A stretch of DNA of 64,000 nucleotides from Pelomyxa schiedti (GCA_020536535.1 JAHLWZ010000854.1:1-64000); one strand, 5' to 3'. Positions 25,670 to 39,984 are shown, counted from the first letter of the stretch. A program made the numbers and translations. The notes: a model not told the origin generated them from the letters alone.

Positions 25670-28600
25670 ATGAGTGGCGGCATTTCTGAAGCGGTTCCAC
25701 TTACTCTTGCAACATTTCCAATCCCACGTACTTCCCTTGAAGAAGAGGAGGCACCCCCGCCTCCCCCACCACCTCGGCATCACAGAAAAGGACATAGAAG
25801 TGTCAAAACACATCAGGCACCGCCCCAGGACTTACAGAATAGCCCTCCCGTTGTGGAAACAACTTCCCAAGAAAACGGTGTGAATACTCAGCCATACAGC
25901 AATGTCACTATATCACCCAAAATGGAAGAGCTGTATGGTATACTAGTAAGCGGTGACGCAAACAGCCAACTTGAAGTGTGAATTACTTTTAGCTGCAGTA
26001 TTATGTGGCTTATTTAGATTCAGGTCTTACGATCCTTCATTGATTGTGAAGAGAATAAAGAATTGTCGGCAATATTTATCATCAAAGGAATTCAACCACT
26101 ACTGGCTATTATGACATGTGGACAGGTGCGTCCATCAATAATGGAAAACATCCTCACTTTTAGCAGCCCATCCCTCAGGAACTTGCACTCACAATTCTTT
26201 CTCAATTGATTATGGAGCCTGAAAATTCCCGTTTAATCATTTTGAGTCCTGTGATTGACACCCTTTGTGCATCTCTATGTATGTTAATGCATTATTCCTG
26301 TTTCTTAGTCACAAATAAAAAGCAATGACTGCCCACCAAAGCCTTATTGAACGAAATTTGCAGTTGCTTGTCAAACTCTCTGAAATGTGGGATGAAAGCC
26401 ATGCTGAGGCTTGGTGTTCAGGACTCCCGACTCTCATTACATCCATGCGGAATGCGCCTGTCATGCACCCTGATACTCTCAAACTATCTCTATCACTATT
26501 CCTGAGTTTGTAACTCTTTCCTATCCTATGTTTCAACCCAACCACAGGCCTTCTGCAACCAAGTCATTCTGCTATACATAAAAATTTTTGTATTGAAAGT
26601 GGGGTACCCGTGTTTTTGGATCTTCTCAAGCTTGACCCCAACACAATAACAAGTGCCTTGAGAATACTCACCAGCCTCACCAAAGTTGAGGAATTTACTC
26701 TCAAGCCTTTGATATGTGAAACTCTTATTGTGTCAGGTATACTTTAAGTTTTCTTGTGCCGCCTACCCAACCTTCTAAAGGCGTCCTTGGAACGATTTCG
26801 GATGTCATTGTCAAACATAACCAAGAAGAAGCAGTTACAGAAATGGTACTCGAACTGCTCATGCAAATTGTGAATTTAGGGTTGGTTTTTTTTCTACAAG
26901 AATTGTCAAATAACTGGACCAAAGTGGGCAAATTGATAATGAAATGCTTGCAATTAATTTGGTTTCAATCCCCTGGTCAAAGTTACCTGCTCAACAAATC
27001 AACCTTGCACAACAAATTTACACCGATATTGCAAGCAATCCAAGTGTAACTTCGATTTACCCCATTTTGTTTTGTTCAAGTATTATCAGATGTTGAAGTC
27101 CATTAGCTTTAGTGGCATTATACCAGTGATATGTCAACTGCCAAGTACAGTGGCAAAAAAAGATCATGGTAGTAACCTACCACTAAGTGTTCTGCTTCTT
27201 ACAATTTCACAAGAATTTATGGCGTCATGGATTAAACTAATGACTACAATCGCCAGAGATGAACAACTGCGATTTGAAATACGAATAAACTCTATAGAAC
27301 CACAAATCAAGGAAATTGATTCATGCTGTCCACCACATCTTGCTGATGACCTAAAACAGTATACTGACAACATGTCTTGTGTAATTCAAATCTACAAGGT
27401 GCAAATCTGCCATATTCTTGCCTTTGCGGAAAGAACTGGTAGAATCTCTCACTAAAGATTACGTGGAACTTGGGGATTCTAATGATCAAATTATCGACCT
27501 GGTGATGGAAGACCAGCTCCACCCACAGCCCTCAGATGGGACAACAATATGGAAGTCATTTCAAACACCTACAGTTCCACATAATCCAACTGAAGCCCGA
27601 ATAAGGAGTATTTCCAAGTCAAGGGTGCGTTTTTCTGTACTTGCTGAAATTTTATTTTGTCCTGCAGGCAAGTCTCATGGCAGAGGCGAGCACTCAGAAC
27701 AATAAGCGTAAGTGTGTCATTTCTGAGTTATGGACTACAGAAAAGCAATATATCAAGTCACTGGAAACATGTCTCCTTTGTTTTTATGAGCCCCTTAAAC
27801 GCGGAGGTTGTGCCTTGCCCCACTTAATATGTCATTAAATTCACCACGACCATAGATTATGGGTGTTCCCCAGATGACCTACTTCATCTGTTTATTACAC
27901 TACCAGCTCTGGCAGAGGAAGGAAAGCTCTTTCTTGATTCTCTTTCAGAGAGAATGGAAACGTATGACAACGCAACACTCGTTGGGGATGTATTTATTAG
28001 ATATTTTTCTAAATCTCCGTTAGCAAGACTATATTCGGTATGAATTTCCTTCCTCGACCCCTCTGAACTTCTCAAGGAATACATTGTTTGGCATGACAAA
28101 GCAACAGCTGTATTCCACAATCTGCAAAAAGTGGGTTTAACCTTGCAAATGAGCGGATTAGTAATCTTGTACCAAAAAAGTTGCCCGCCTTCACTGCTTG
28201 GATGCGTCAGATGGGAACCAGTGAAGCTACCAACCATATGATACTACCAAGCTACATGATAATGCCTGTTCAACGGTGAATTAATTTGTATTACGTCAAT
28301 CTTTTTATACTTGATAGACTACCAAGGTATCTACTTTTATTAAACAGCTTGTTGGAAGTTACACCTCCTTCACATATTGGTACATATTCCATCACAATTT
28401 TCATCTGATTACAAAATACAAAACAAAGACAGAGAGAATATAGCAAAAGCTCTGCGGATAATTAGAGACCTTGCAGACACCATCAACACCCGTAAGAAAG
28501 AAATTGAAGCGTATCAAAAGATGGAAGCCCTATCCGAAAAACTTCAAGATGCCCCTGTGGAATTCGACGGTGTTGTAATTCCTGGAAGATCGTTTGTTCA

Positions 28601-29367
28601 CGAGGGTCCCCTTACTTACCTGAAAAAAAATAAATTTCTCCACGACGGATCATCTCTGGAGCCGTGCTACATGTTTTTGTTCTCAGATATTTTGTTGTGG
28701 ACAATAAAGGTTTCTTGGCAGAACTATTCCTTTCCCTAACAGAAAGAAACAGATCAAAAATCACTACAAGTTTATAAGAGTACTACCACTTGAATCGGTC
28801 AAAGTATTTGAAATGAGCTCGAATGAGATCAACTCAGGGAGATTCAGTGACACCATGTTACGCCTACTTTGGAGCAATAAGGATACCTTCGAGGTTTTCC
28901 ATACCATTTGCTAAACCTCAAATTGAGTGACACCATGCCACTAAAAGGAACAAGAAGCAATTCTCTCAGCACCCAATGATATCGAGAAAGAATCGTGGCT
29001 GAAGCTCTTCAGAGACGCCGTTAATGCCCACAAGAGGCAATCCCTCAGGCAAAACATGGGTGCACCATCTCAGTCCGCAACTCCCCATCCACAACCACCT
29101 CCGCAACAACCTCAGCATCAACCCCAACAACCGGCCGTAAATATCCCAATCCCAATCCCGATACCAATACCAACGCCAATCCCGGCACAACCGCAACCAA
29201 ACCCACAAGTACAAATCACACCAGCAAGTAGCACAACACCACCCACTCAGCGGCATCGCCACCACCCTCCACCACAACCACCGCCTCCTCCCCCTGCCAA
29301 ATGGACAGCTGCTTCCAAACCTACACTAATTCCTGCGGCTGTTCCTGATGCCGCCAAAGCATTGTAG
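25670..29367 (+). CDS. RhoGEF (DH-PH) with an N-terminal helical-repeat region and a Pro-rich tail; start may lie further upstream (about 25270)
   Basis: KRKCVISELWTTEKQYIKSL; LPSYMIMPVQR|LPRYLLLL..LL..TP; PH domain GRSFVHEGPL...YMFLFSDILLW. Confidence 0.88.
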
Positions 29368-29441
29368 TAGCCACACCACCCAAAATCACACCTACTTCGT
29401 GTATCTCTAGCCTTTTTGGAAAAGGGGAAAAAAATGATTTA

Positions 29442-32400
29442 TTAGCTTTTTCGAGAAGTAACGTGGACTTGGGAAGGATGGTGATGAGAATACATAATGG
29501 TCCTGGAGGTAGAGGGTTTATCTAGGTTCGATTTGCGGGGGCACCCTCGTCCAAGAGGTTGGAGAGAGCAAGTGGGTTTGTGGGTTGGATTACACTCAGG
29601 GCTTCCATCGGTTGTTTCCTTCGGCGTTTGAATACTTTTGTCTTTTTGGGAGAAAGGTGTTAGTGAGGATAAATAAGCCGGGTCAGTTACCTTATCAGGC
29701 GTGTAGAGTGGTGATGGGGACCTGTGGGGAGAAAATCTTTCTGGTCTCACAGACTTGCGCTGTGGATGGTTACTATGTGAAAGGGAAAGTGTGCTTACTT
29801 TAGGTCTTGGTTCTGGGACTTGAGTGGGTAATGGTGCCGGGGGTAGGGAATGCCGCTTATGGGGTTTCCGTTGAGATGCAGACTGTATGGAGTGTACTTG
29901 CACTTGGACTTGTACTTCTTGGCTCTTGGTCTGCACGGCTTTGGAGGTACAGGACACGCTATCTTCCACTCGTTGGGTTTCAGGGGGTGACTCGGAGGCA
30001 TTATCTTCCTCATAGTGAGTAACATGTGGTGGTGATGTTGGCAAATCAACTGCATGGGATGGTGGTGACGCAGCCACCGCAGCCGCCGCTGCAGCTGCTG
30101 CAGCGGACGCGGAGGCAGATGTGGATGCAAGTTTTTGCGTAGCAGTGTTCAAAGCGCTCTCCAATTCCGTGCATCTACGTTGGGCGTATTCCTGGGCTTG
30201 CTGCGCCAACCTTGTTTCATGAGATGCTGTCTCGAGTTTTGTTGATAGTTGTTGCTTCAAAGTAGATAGTTGCAGAGCGTGCTGTTGTGTAAGTAAGACC
30301 ATCTCTTCCTGGAGTTGGGTGCTGTGGGTGTGCATTTCATTTGTTCTATCTTGTTCCTTTGAGAGGTCTCTCTTGGATTGTTCAATGGTTTGCTCTGCCA
30401 CTGTTATCTGATTGACGAGTTTTTCTTTTTCACTGGTCAGCGAGTCAGTTGCTGCTTTGTACTGGGCTTCGAGGAGTTGCATTTGAACTTGATGCTTTTG
30501 GTGTTCTTCCTGGAATTCTGCTTGAAATTGTGACGTCATTTTAATTTGTTCCGATTTCCATTGCTCCTGAAGATCCTAAAAAAAAGAGTTACAACGAGTC
30601 ATTGCTTATAGAGATTACAGAATTCTGTTTAAGGACACGTTCAAGTTCCGCTTTGGCAGTATCCTCTGCTGCTCTTGTGCAGTCCAGCTCGAATCTAGTC
30701 CCTCTCTCCTGTATAAGAATATCCCCCAGCTGTTTATTCTCAGAGAAGAATAGAAATTTTACTGTATACCCGGGAAACAAGTTCTTTCTCCCGCTGATCA
30801 GCTTCCTGTAGTAACTGCCTCTCCGTTGTGTAGTTTCTCTGGAGTGTTTGCTGTTCTAAGCGTAGTGCGTTCCATTTATCTTCCAGCTCCACACAGTCAG
30901 AAGAAAGAGGTAGCAAACACGGAAACCTCTGCAAGCGATTTCTCCAATGTTTCAACATGTCTGGTTTTGTCGGTAAGCTCGCTTTGTACGGCTGCAATCT
31001 GTGTTGTTGCCCGTGACACTTCATCACGTAGCCGGCTTACACAATCCTTCTGGACTGCCACTTCTTTAGATTCTCGATCTCTCAGCTCCTCTGCAAGTTT
31101 CTGCACTTGTGAGAAACCCAAAAACCAATGAAGGTTACAGAACTGTCTGTGCTGTCAAGTCGTTAACTTTGGTTTGAAAAGTCTGTGTTTGTTGTCTGTA
31201 CAGGGCCTCGGCATCTTCATTTCGTTTATTCGAACAGACAATTTGTCCTCTAAGTGTGAACAACTTTTTCATATCAGTACTTAAAACTAACGGGAATGCC
31301 TACGTCGCTTGTCAAAGTAGACACTGCGCTTTGAAGATCCAAGACTCTGAGACTTTTAAGCTACAGAAAAGTGGGAAAACGAACTTCGACTGAGCTAAGT
31401 TCAGTTCGTCTTGAAGGAAGAGCTTCTCCCTTACAATAGTACCAGTAAACTCAATCAGAGCCTGAGTGTTATCTAAGGTAGTTTGTATGGCCCCCTTGGC
31501 TGTGGAGATCTATCAATTTTGTTAAGATTGACTTCAACAAGATGCACATACCACATGGTTTTGTGAGAGAGTAAGTTCCTCTAAACTTTGAATTGCGGCA
31601 GTGAGACGACTGGTATTTGCAGATGTTTCTTCCAGTTTCTTTGTTTTGTCGGATAACTCCTGCTCTAGTAGACAGAGGTTTTCATGTAAGGCCGAAACTT
31701 TGGACCGTGCTTCAGAAAGAACTTGGTCCGAGTGCGCAATTCCCTTCATCGCCGTTAGGTGTGGCCAATAAGACGGGTGTGTACATCAGCACACATGGTA
31801 TTCACGCAACTCAGTTGAGTAATTTTCTCTTGCTATTGGTCAAAGAGGGGCGGTTAGGGAATTCCAGGTGACCAACATGAAACATACAAGAAGCGACTGC
31901 GATTTAGAGTGCATTTCCGTGGTACTTTGTTGTTCTCTGCGTAGTACCTGCTAATTTGAGCAAAATAAGGGAAAAGAAGTTGTTAACTTGAAGTTCAGTA
32001 TTTAAAGTCAATTCGTTTTGCTTAAGCTGCTCCACTTTAGCTTGCAGAGACGCTCCTAAATCGGTGCAGGCACGAAGTTTTCCCCCAAGTACTTCTAAAT
32101 AACGGTGAAAGAAGGCGGGGAAAAAAAGTCAGAGGTAATACCTTCTAATTCCCTCGAGTGTGAAAAGGCCTCCCTCAGAGATCGCAGTTCAGATACAGCA
32201 CTGTCTCTCTGGCGACATGCTGGGTTTTTATTTGTTTAGGGGTTCCTCGAAAGCAGTGTAACCTGTTCGCAAATCCATCGAGTTTTGAAGTGCCTCTGTT
32301 AATTTTTGTTGTAATTCTTGAATGTCATGCAACATGATGGACCGCTGCGTTTTCAGTGCCAAAAAATCTAACAAAAGAGATAAATAGGCAAGTTATAACC

Positions 32401-32850
32401 ATGGCTTGTAGGTGATCAACCTGATTCCTCTGGTGATATTGTGAGGAACGAATAGAGTGAACGGAAAGTTTACCTTGCACCACTTTCCCCTGCAAAAGGC
32501 GTAGCGACTCATCAACAGCATCAGACAATGACCTTGTTTCAGTGATGTCAAACACCACTTTGTTGAGTGCTTTCTCCTGATCAGTAACCAGACATTGTAA
32601 CCGTGATTTCTCTGCTTGCAACCGAACAATATTTTCCCTCTGTGACAACTTTTCTCTTTCGCTGTCGTGTAGCTTGCTCTCCTACAAACAAAAAACCGTA
32701 AACATCGGGCAGTGGTGAGCATTTTACCAATGACTCTATGGCGGCTCTGCTAGAAACTTGGTGCGTGATAAGCTCCTCAGCAGCCTTCTTAAGATGATCG
32801 TAGGTGCTGGATCCCTCCCTTTTATTGGTTGTAAGATTTTCAAGATCCAT
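29442..32850 (-). CDS. Long coiled-coil protein with a disordered S/P-rich C-terminus
   Basis: Successive minus-strand exons rich in E/Q/L/K heptads separated by short GT-AG introns; ATG 32850. Confidence 0.65.
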
Positions 32851-33141
32851 AGTGAGCAGATCACTGTTGTTCAAGCCAAAAGAAAAGTGATCTTTCAAAC
32901 AAAGAAAAAAAAGTCGTTGTGCGTGCCGGTACATTATGTAGCTAGTTACACATGTCAATCCATTAGCATTTTGTTTAAATTTTTATTTGGGTTTCCAGCT
33001 CTTTTTTTTTTTCGGCAAACGCTCGTAGCGCTTTTCGTAGCTCACCGAAACAAGACATTATGTAAATAAATAGTTCTCCTTTTTACACGGTATCTACACT
33101 CCTTTCACTGCAAACTGCCAGTTTTCCCAGCTGCATCCTCA

Positions 33142-34917
33142 CTACTTCGCTTCTTCGTCCTTGCTTGCTGGAGCATTTACGGCACCAGCTTTTGCTTGTC
33201 TTCGCCGCTCGATGACGTTCTGTGCGATGTACCAGCAGCCCTGAGCTACTCCGCACAGTGCGATAACACACCCACATGTGGCATATGGTGTCTTGGGAGA
33301 GGCTTGTTCCAGGCTGGCAAACCCTCCGGCTACAAGCGGAAGGATCGCGGAGCCGCTGCTGACCACAGTTTCATTTATTCCTGCGAATTTGCCCTTGGCG
33401 GTCTCGCTCATCCTGAGGCTTACAATTATGGAGGACTGGATGGCAAATGCCGCACAAGCCCCAATTCCAACCCCAAATGCGAGGACAGCATACGCTTGTG
33501 GGATGAAGGCGATTCCCCAAAGGCCTATCGTCTATTAGATGAGACGGATTCACATAGGATATACATACACAAAACTAGAACGCCTTCAACTAGGAACATT
33601 AGCCAGAGCCGGTATAACCACGCTGTAGTCATTCCAAATATCACAAACATGACGGTTTGCACTGAAAACAATGTACACATAAAGACACCCAAGTACTGTT
33701 CAGTACTCACTAAGTTTCCAATGTGGATGTTGTACTCCTACAACTGAGTTACTTCGGCATATTTCTATTAACAGCAAACCTTGATAAGATGAATAAGCTG
33801 ACTATTGAGTGTAGCAAGTATGCCGTACACACAGAAGTTAAGCATGTAAACCTAAATTAGATGATGAGTGATTTTTCTACTGAGAGGAAAAATATTACCA
33901 GGGGCAAGAACTGTGAATTCAATTTCTTCATCTCTGCAGATTTCTGAACTTCCTCTTGCGAAATTTTCATGTCAATTACAATTTCTTGTATCTCAGGCTT
34001 CATTGTATAGTCGTCCGGATTTGTCTGGGTGCTTGCATCCTTGGTGCGGCGAGTATCTTCACTCTGAGTGGAATCTTCCGGCTTGGGATCACTAAGTTCC
34101 TTACCGCTCGTTCCGTCCAGTACCTTCTGGGTACAATCTTCCTTCTCCTTGTGATTTCTCGCCTCTTCCAGAGATCGCCTCTCCTCGAGCGATAGCCTCG
34201 GCCCAGATTCGTTGATTGCCATGACCGGCTCTTCATCCAACTTCAAGTAATGGTGACCTGGGAGTTCGGCTAACTCCTTTGGAAGTTTACTGTCACCAGT
34301 GTTTGCTCCAAAGGGATACCAGAACATAATGCTACCGGCAACGGCGGCTGGAACAGCGAGCGAATATTTCCCACCGGCATATTGGAAGATATAACCAGCA
34401 ATCATATATCCAACTGATTTACCAACACTCCAAAATACAGCGAAGCGGGACATGTCCCTGTTCACGTTGTTCTTATCCACCTCCTTTGCCACAGTGGCCT
34501 GCACAGTTGGCCAGTAAGTAGCACTCGTAAGTCCACTCAATATAACAGCGAGTACGTAAAGCCACACATTTATGCCAGACACCAGCAAAAGTACCGCACA
34601 TGCTGCTGCAAACATCAGAGAACTGGCACGAACCATCCAGTGTGGCCGCAGCTTATCAGATAACATTCCCAAGAAAGGGGAAGTTGTGGTTGTTATCGTA
34701 GCGCTTGTTGCTTGAATGATTCCAAGCTGCAGTGGTGATGCCCCCATGCTGTATGCCAGCAATGAAATGCACACCCAGAAGTAAAAGTTGCTGCAAGGTA
34801 CTTCAATTAAATAAAGCCGTTGTTGTTAATTGTAAAATTTAAAAACCCAAACCTGAAGTTCATCATGGCACTCGATACACAATACAACCAATACCGTAGT
34901 CGTGCACCGCACTTCAT
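33142..34917 (-). CDS. Major facilitator superfamily transporter
   Basis: Multiple TM helices; LGMLSDKL motif A; large central loop; second half with GKFAGINE...ILPLVAG. Confidence 0.88.
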
Positions 34918-35337
34918 TTTTTTTTTCTTGTTGAAGTTGTTTCGTCTTCTTGTTTGCCTTCTCACTCTGATGGTTTTTCTTTTTATTGTGTTATTATCTT
35001 TCTTTGTTTCGTTGTGATCTTAAATACTGTTGAAAATCTTTAGCGTACGGGGAACGGAAAGAAGACTTCCAGAGGCAAAGAACACACAAATTCCAAATAG
35101 AACTCGTTTGATTTTGAATTCAATCGTTCTAGAACGTGTTTCCTTATAATTCCTCCAGGTTCTCAGTCTCATGCCGACTTCTCACTGGGGGTCTCTTCTC
35201 GTTGGTGCGTCGCTCAGTGCTTTGGTTTTGTAACAGAAAACTGAGAGTCCAAGATTGAAGGGTTGGCAGTTCTTCCTTGAATCCATACTGACACCAGTAG
35301 TGAGCAGCCACTTAGTTCCGCATTTTTGGTACCCATA

Positions 35338-36563
35338 ATGGCCACAACTACGGCCACCACAGCCAAGGCACAAGTTCTGGTCGTTTGTTGTGCTGGAATT
35401 TTGCGGCGTTCCCACAATGGCGCCGCGACGACACAAGCAGCTTGTGCATCATCTCCATCGATTTCGCAATGGGCACGATCGGGCCGACGCTGGCGAGAGC
35501 GTGGGCCGACGAGTGGGTGTTTGGGCCCAGCGTGGTGGACGACGCAGTGTTCGAGGTTCCTCTGCAAAAGAATGCTGCACATGCCAAGCGGAGAAGTGCC
35601 TTCGTGTGTGTCAGTGTGTCATCTACCACAATGGGAGTCGTGGCCTACTCTGTGTTCTGGTGCGGTTTGACGGTGTGCGGGTGTGTGGGGCAGTCGAGGG
35701 TGCTGGTGAGGAGCAGGGGCGCCATGGGTTCCAGTGACACCGGGTTCGACTATTCGGTTCTGAACCTCGGTGACACTGCGGAGTCGCCGCGGTTTGCTCT
35801 TTTTACGGCGCCCGGGATGAGTTCTATGAGGTGCAACAGGAGCTGGGTTGTGGGTATTCGGATGGAGAGGGAGAGGGATGCGTTGTTTGTCAGGAAGCTT
35901 CTCTGCTCTCCAAACAAACGAGGTGAATGCCTCCTTTGTGGATTCAACAGGCCGGGAACGATTCCGGACAACAGTGGAATTTCGGGACGAATAAGGAAGG
36001 TTAAATTCTCGCCACTGAGCGACGGCGTTGCAATGGTGCTAAACTATGATAGTCTAGTGAGCTTTGTGGACTTGGAAGCAAGCTTCACAACAAATACATT
36101 GGTGACAACAATCAATATTGTGTGTGGAGAGATACACCCGCGAGGTGTGATGTGGCTATCTTCTGGAACCCCATGTACTCTTCACGGAAAAAAATCCAAA
36201 TACCACTTGGTACCGTACCAACGTCGCGAACCCATTACTTCTTTCCCAACATTCCCCTTTCCCGTCATAGTGAAACCAGTTGGAAAGAACCATGCCTTTG
36301 TTTCTGAAGAATTCGAACCCACACAGTTCCAAGTCTATCACACAGACAACCTGACAGCCCCATCACTGTGTGTTCCATGCACCTGGGTCCATATCACCAG
36401 TTCATCAAGCCTCATTCTTTCAACACAGGGAAGTTACACACCTTATCAGCATTCCACATCAACCCTCCAGTTCACTCTTCATGATGGCATCTCTGGCTTG
36501 AAAGTTGGTGACTTCAATATCCTGTTGCCTCCTGATGTTATGTTTGACAAAAACCTTCGATAA
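35338..36563 (+). CDS. Intronless lineage-specific family protein with an apparent frameshift near 35480 (possible pseudogene)
   Basis: AKAQVLVVCCAGILRRS...SPSISQWARS in one frame continues as GPTLARAWADEWV in another; beta-rich C-terminus resembles in style the 38.6-45.4 kb family. Confidence 0.55.
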
Positions 36564-36811
36564 CTATCTGAAGCTCCTCAATCACATACAAGCAACCTGG
36601 TGGTCAGTCAAGGACAAGTAGCGACTCTCATGTGGTTTGCCAGGTACACAGAGTGTCTTCCAGGAACGCAAAACGTGTTTGCGTCTTCCCCTTTTCCTTT
36701 GATCAAACGAAATCAGTCTACAAACCGACACTTCTCCTAATTCCCTTTAAAACGGCACCAAAGGAAAAAAAAGAGAAAACAAAACACTAGGTGTGGCCAT
36801 TGGCGACAACA

Positions 36812-38567
36812 ATGTCAGCAACAGTAAGCGGAGGCACGGCGGCAGTAGAACTACCTAAACCCAGCATGCTGGGAATCGACCCTGCACACCAGATGATCCT
36901 CGACCGTTGGTCGGGAGCCAGTATCGACCGGGCCGTGCGCCAACTGGCACGCAGGGCCGCCGCGGCATTGCCGCCTTTGAAGGGAACTCCTCCCACAGGT
37001 TGGGTTGTTTGTTTGTCCCGTTTAAGTGTCTAATTCTGCTGTACTCCATATTCAAGCTGCTGCACTGACGATACCAGACAGTTCTGTGGAGCCAACTCCA
37101 TACCCAGTGGTCGATGCACACATTCACGGTGTGGACTTCCTGCAACACGTGCGTTCTGCTTGTGAATACTTTATTAAACCAATAAAATTTCACTACAGAC
37201 GGATGGATTCCGCAGCCTTGTAACCAAGATGCGCGAAAATAATGTTACGCATTCAGTTATTTTTGGTCTTCCAGTTAAAAAGCGCTTTGACCGGGCTGAA
37301 ATTCCTCCGGGTGCTCTAGCCGATGCACGTAGTACTGGTGAAATAAACACAAAAATATTACCTCAATTTCAACAATATAAGGAAAAACAACAAAAAAACA
37401 TGACAAACTTCTAACTGATCGAGAACCTAGTTCCCTTGGACTTCCACAGATTGAAGGAACTCTATGGGCCTTCTTACTACCTTTCAGACGACTCCAAGTT
37501 CCTTCTCTGCCTGTTTTCTTCTCTGACCTCTTTATACAGGTGCTACTATTACTCCTACACTGATGATATCATTGAACAAGAAATTTGTGATCTTCACAAT
37601 ACTGTTGATGAACAGAAATTCATTCCACTCCTCGTGGGCTTTAACCCCACTGATATTGATGCTGTTGAGTATATCCGATCCCGTTTTGAACAGAGACCTG
37701 GCTTTTGGAAAGGTGTTGGTGAAGTTTTATTGCGACATGATTACCTCACAATGCTCACTCGTGAAGAAACCGCATGTATACAACAACTAAATAACGCAAA
37801 CATATTAACAATAGTAAAGCGATTGCACATCCCGCAATGGATCCAATATTTGCCTTCTGTGAAGAGAAGCGCTTGCCATTGCTTATTCACCAAAATATCT
37901 CAAACGTCACGGTTATCTCGTATGCTTGTTTCCCGAAAACACTTGCTTTCTTTTTTCTGACAATGCAAAGGTCATCACTGCCAACAGAAATTCCCCCTGC
38001 CAGCCCCGAGAACATGAGGTATTACTGGGAACTCAAGCAGGCACTTGACAGTTGCCGACATCAGAAATACCATTTCCCAGTTGTCTGGGCTCACATGGGA
38101 ATCTCCCTTGGACTTCATGTTAAACAATACGACCTTTTCTTGAATACACGAGTTTTTCCTCTGGTTTTTTCCCTTCTTGCTGTCATTTGTCATTAACCCT
38201 TTGGGAATTGCAAAAGTATGACAACTTGTATGTGGACATAAGCTGGATTGTGTATGACGATGTAATGTGTGATTTGTCTGATAAAGATAATCCAAAGGTA
38301 ACGTTGGAAGTGGTCAGTCTTATCATTAATACCAAATGGCAGGTGAAACCAGAATGGGTGAATTTCTGCTGCGCTCATTCCGACAGGATCATGATAGGGA
38401 GTGATCTGACTGGCCACTGGGAGGAGGCCAAGGGGAAGCCCGAGCAGTACTATGCCAAAACTATCCGGAGGTATCACATGCTTTTGGGCCAAGTGGCGGA
38501 AGTATCGCCGCAAGCAGCTTACAACATTGCTGAAGGAAATGCAAAGAAAGTGTTCAACTTCCCTTAG
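36812..38567 (+). CDS. Metal-dependent amidohydrolase (Amidohydro_2-like TIM barrel)
   Basis: VVDAHIH; GVGEVLLRHD; LLIHQN; VVWAHMG; NLYVDISW; DRIMIGSD. Confidence 0.88.
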
Positions 38568-38658
38568 TCCCACGCGGTAAGACAAGAACCATTTTTACCA
38601 CTAAAACAGTTGATCCAAACAATTTTCTGTTGTCCTGTTTGAGATTTACACCACTCTT

Positions 38659-39984
38659 TTACCACAAGAAACTCCCAGGTCGGTCGATCCCATGTATAGT
38701 CCAACCAGGAGCCAGAAACTGAATGCACGCAACAGTATCCCCTGATGATCCCTCAATCAATTTAAGTCTCTGACCACCGGATGCAATGATCAACACGAAA
38801 CCACCACCCGTGGCAAAGGTGCATAGCTCAATATTTTGGAATGTCCTGAGAATGGAATTCTCGTCGCGGCAGTCCCGTATCTCAAGTGACTTTCGGGCAT
38901 TGGAGTGAATTGCAAATAGTGAAGCACTCACTTGGAGGAGCACACTACGAGGAGTGATTTCATCATGGAGTTCCTTTGTCACACCGTTGGGTTGCACGGA
39001 ACAAGCTCTGGTTTGATTGTCATCATCGAAGGTCTCAACAATGAAGAGGTTTTCACCAGCTTTATTCTCCATGACAAGAAAATCATCAACCGTATCACTT
39101 GCTTCAAGTACTTCCAGTGCCCGAAAGTTGGTTGGTAAACTGGTTAGTCCTTTGGTCAAGTACATCTGAGCAACATCAAGAACCAGAAACTGGCCACTTT
39201 GCTGATCTTCCTTGTTCACAACCAACATGGCTGCCTGTGATGGCAGAATTTTGCTGAAGGTCAAAGATTTTATTTCAACATCAAATCCCCCAGCTTCTAT
39301 ACATGCACGACAACCTTCGCTGGCCAGACTTTCAACAACAAATGAAACACTGTGCTCCCCCGATGTAGCCTCAACATACCATCTCCCATTCACACAAAAG
39401 TTGTCATCGTCATTGCCCGGGGGGAGCTCCCGCCGCTTTCCGCTCGCTGTATACTGGATATACTGTCTTCCATCGTCACTCACAAAGACGCGGTCCTTGT
39501 CAATCCAGATCGTGAAGCTCTGCGGCGAAAACAAGGTCTCTCTGTCAACGACAGACACCGCGGTCGTGACTCCCATCAACAAGGGCGAAATTCCGAATCT
39601 GACAACACACCGCTGCACAGTGTCATTCTCGTCGTCGTCGTCGTCGTCGTCGTCGGCGCCCGCTCCTTCTTCCACCCAAGCGTCCACGACGACCCACCTT
39701 GTGCAAGACACCACGCACGAGTCCCACAATTGCATGGCGAAGTTCCCGCCGAACACCCTCGCCGGCGAATTCCTCCCGCACCGCTCCGACTGCGCTGCCA
39801 GCATTATGGCAGCCATTTGGTCTTGTGCCCTCACGCCCTCTGCCAGTGTGATGGTCCCAAGCCACCGTGGTCGCGTCGGTGTCGCCACTGGTGGCGTCGT
39901 TTCCGTCGAAGACCTTTGATCAGTGTCGATGTAGTTTGTCCTCGGTCTTGACTGTGCCGGTTCCTTCGACGCATCTCGCGACAT
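38659..39984 (-). CDS. Intronless lineage-expanded family protein, paralog A (conserved N-terminal module plus divergent beta-rich domain)
   Basis: 441-aa ORF; shares RPRWLGTITLAEGVRAQDQM...RCGRNSPARVFGGN...LWDSCVVSCTRWV with paralogs B and C. Confidence 0.85.
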   Translation of the reverse strand: MSRDASKEPAQSRPRTNYIDTDQRSSTETTPPVATPTRPRWLGTITLAEGVRAQDQMAAIMLAAQSERCGRNSPARVFGGNFAMQLWDSCVVSCTRWVVVDAWVEEGAGADDDDDDDDENDTVQRCVVRFGISPLLMGVTTAVSVVDRETLFSPQSFTIWIDKDRVFVSDDGRQYIQYTASGKRRELPPGNDDDNFCVNGRWYVEATSGEHSVSFVVESLASEGCRACIEAGGFDVEIKSLTFSKILPSQAAMLVVNKEDQQSGQFLVLDVAQMYLTKGLTSLPTNFRALEVLEASDTVDDFLVMENKAGENLFIVETFDDDNQTRACSVQPNGVTKELHDEITPRSVLLQVSASLFAIHSNARKSLEIRDCRDENSILRTFQNIELCTFATGGGFVLIIASGGQRLKLIEGSSGDTVACIQFLAPGWTIHGIDRPGSFLW

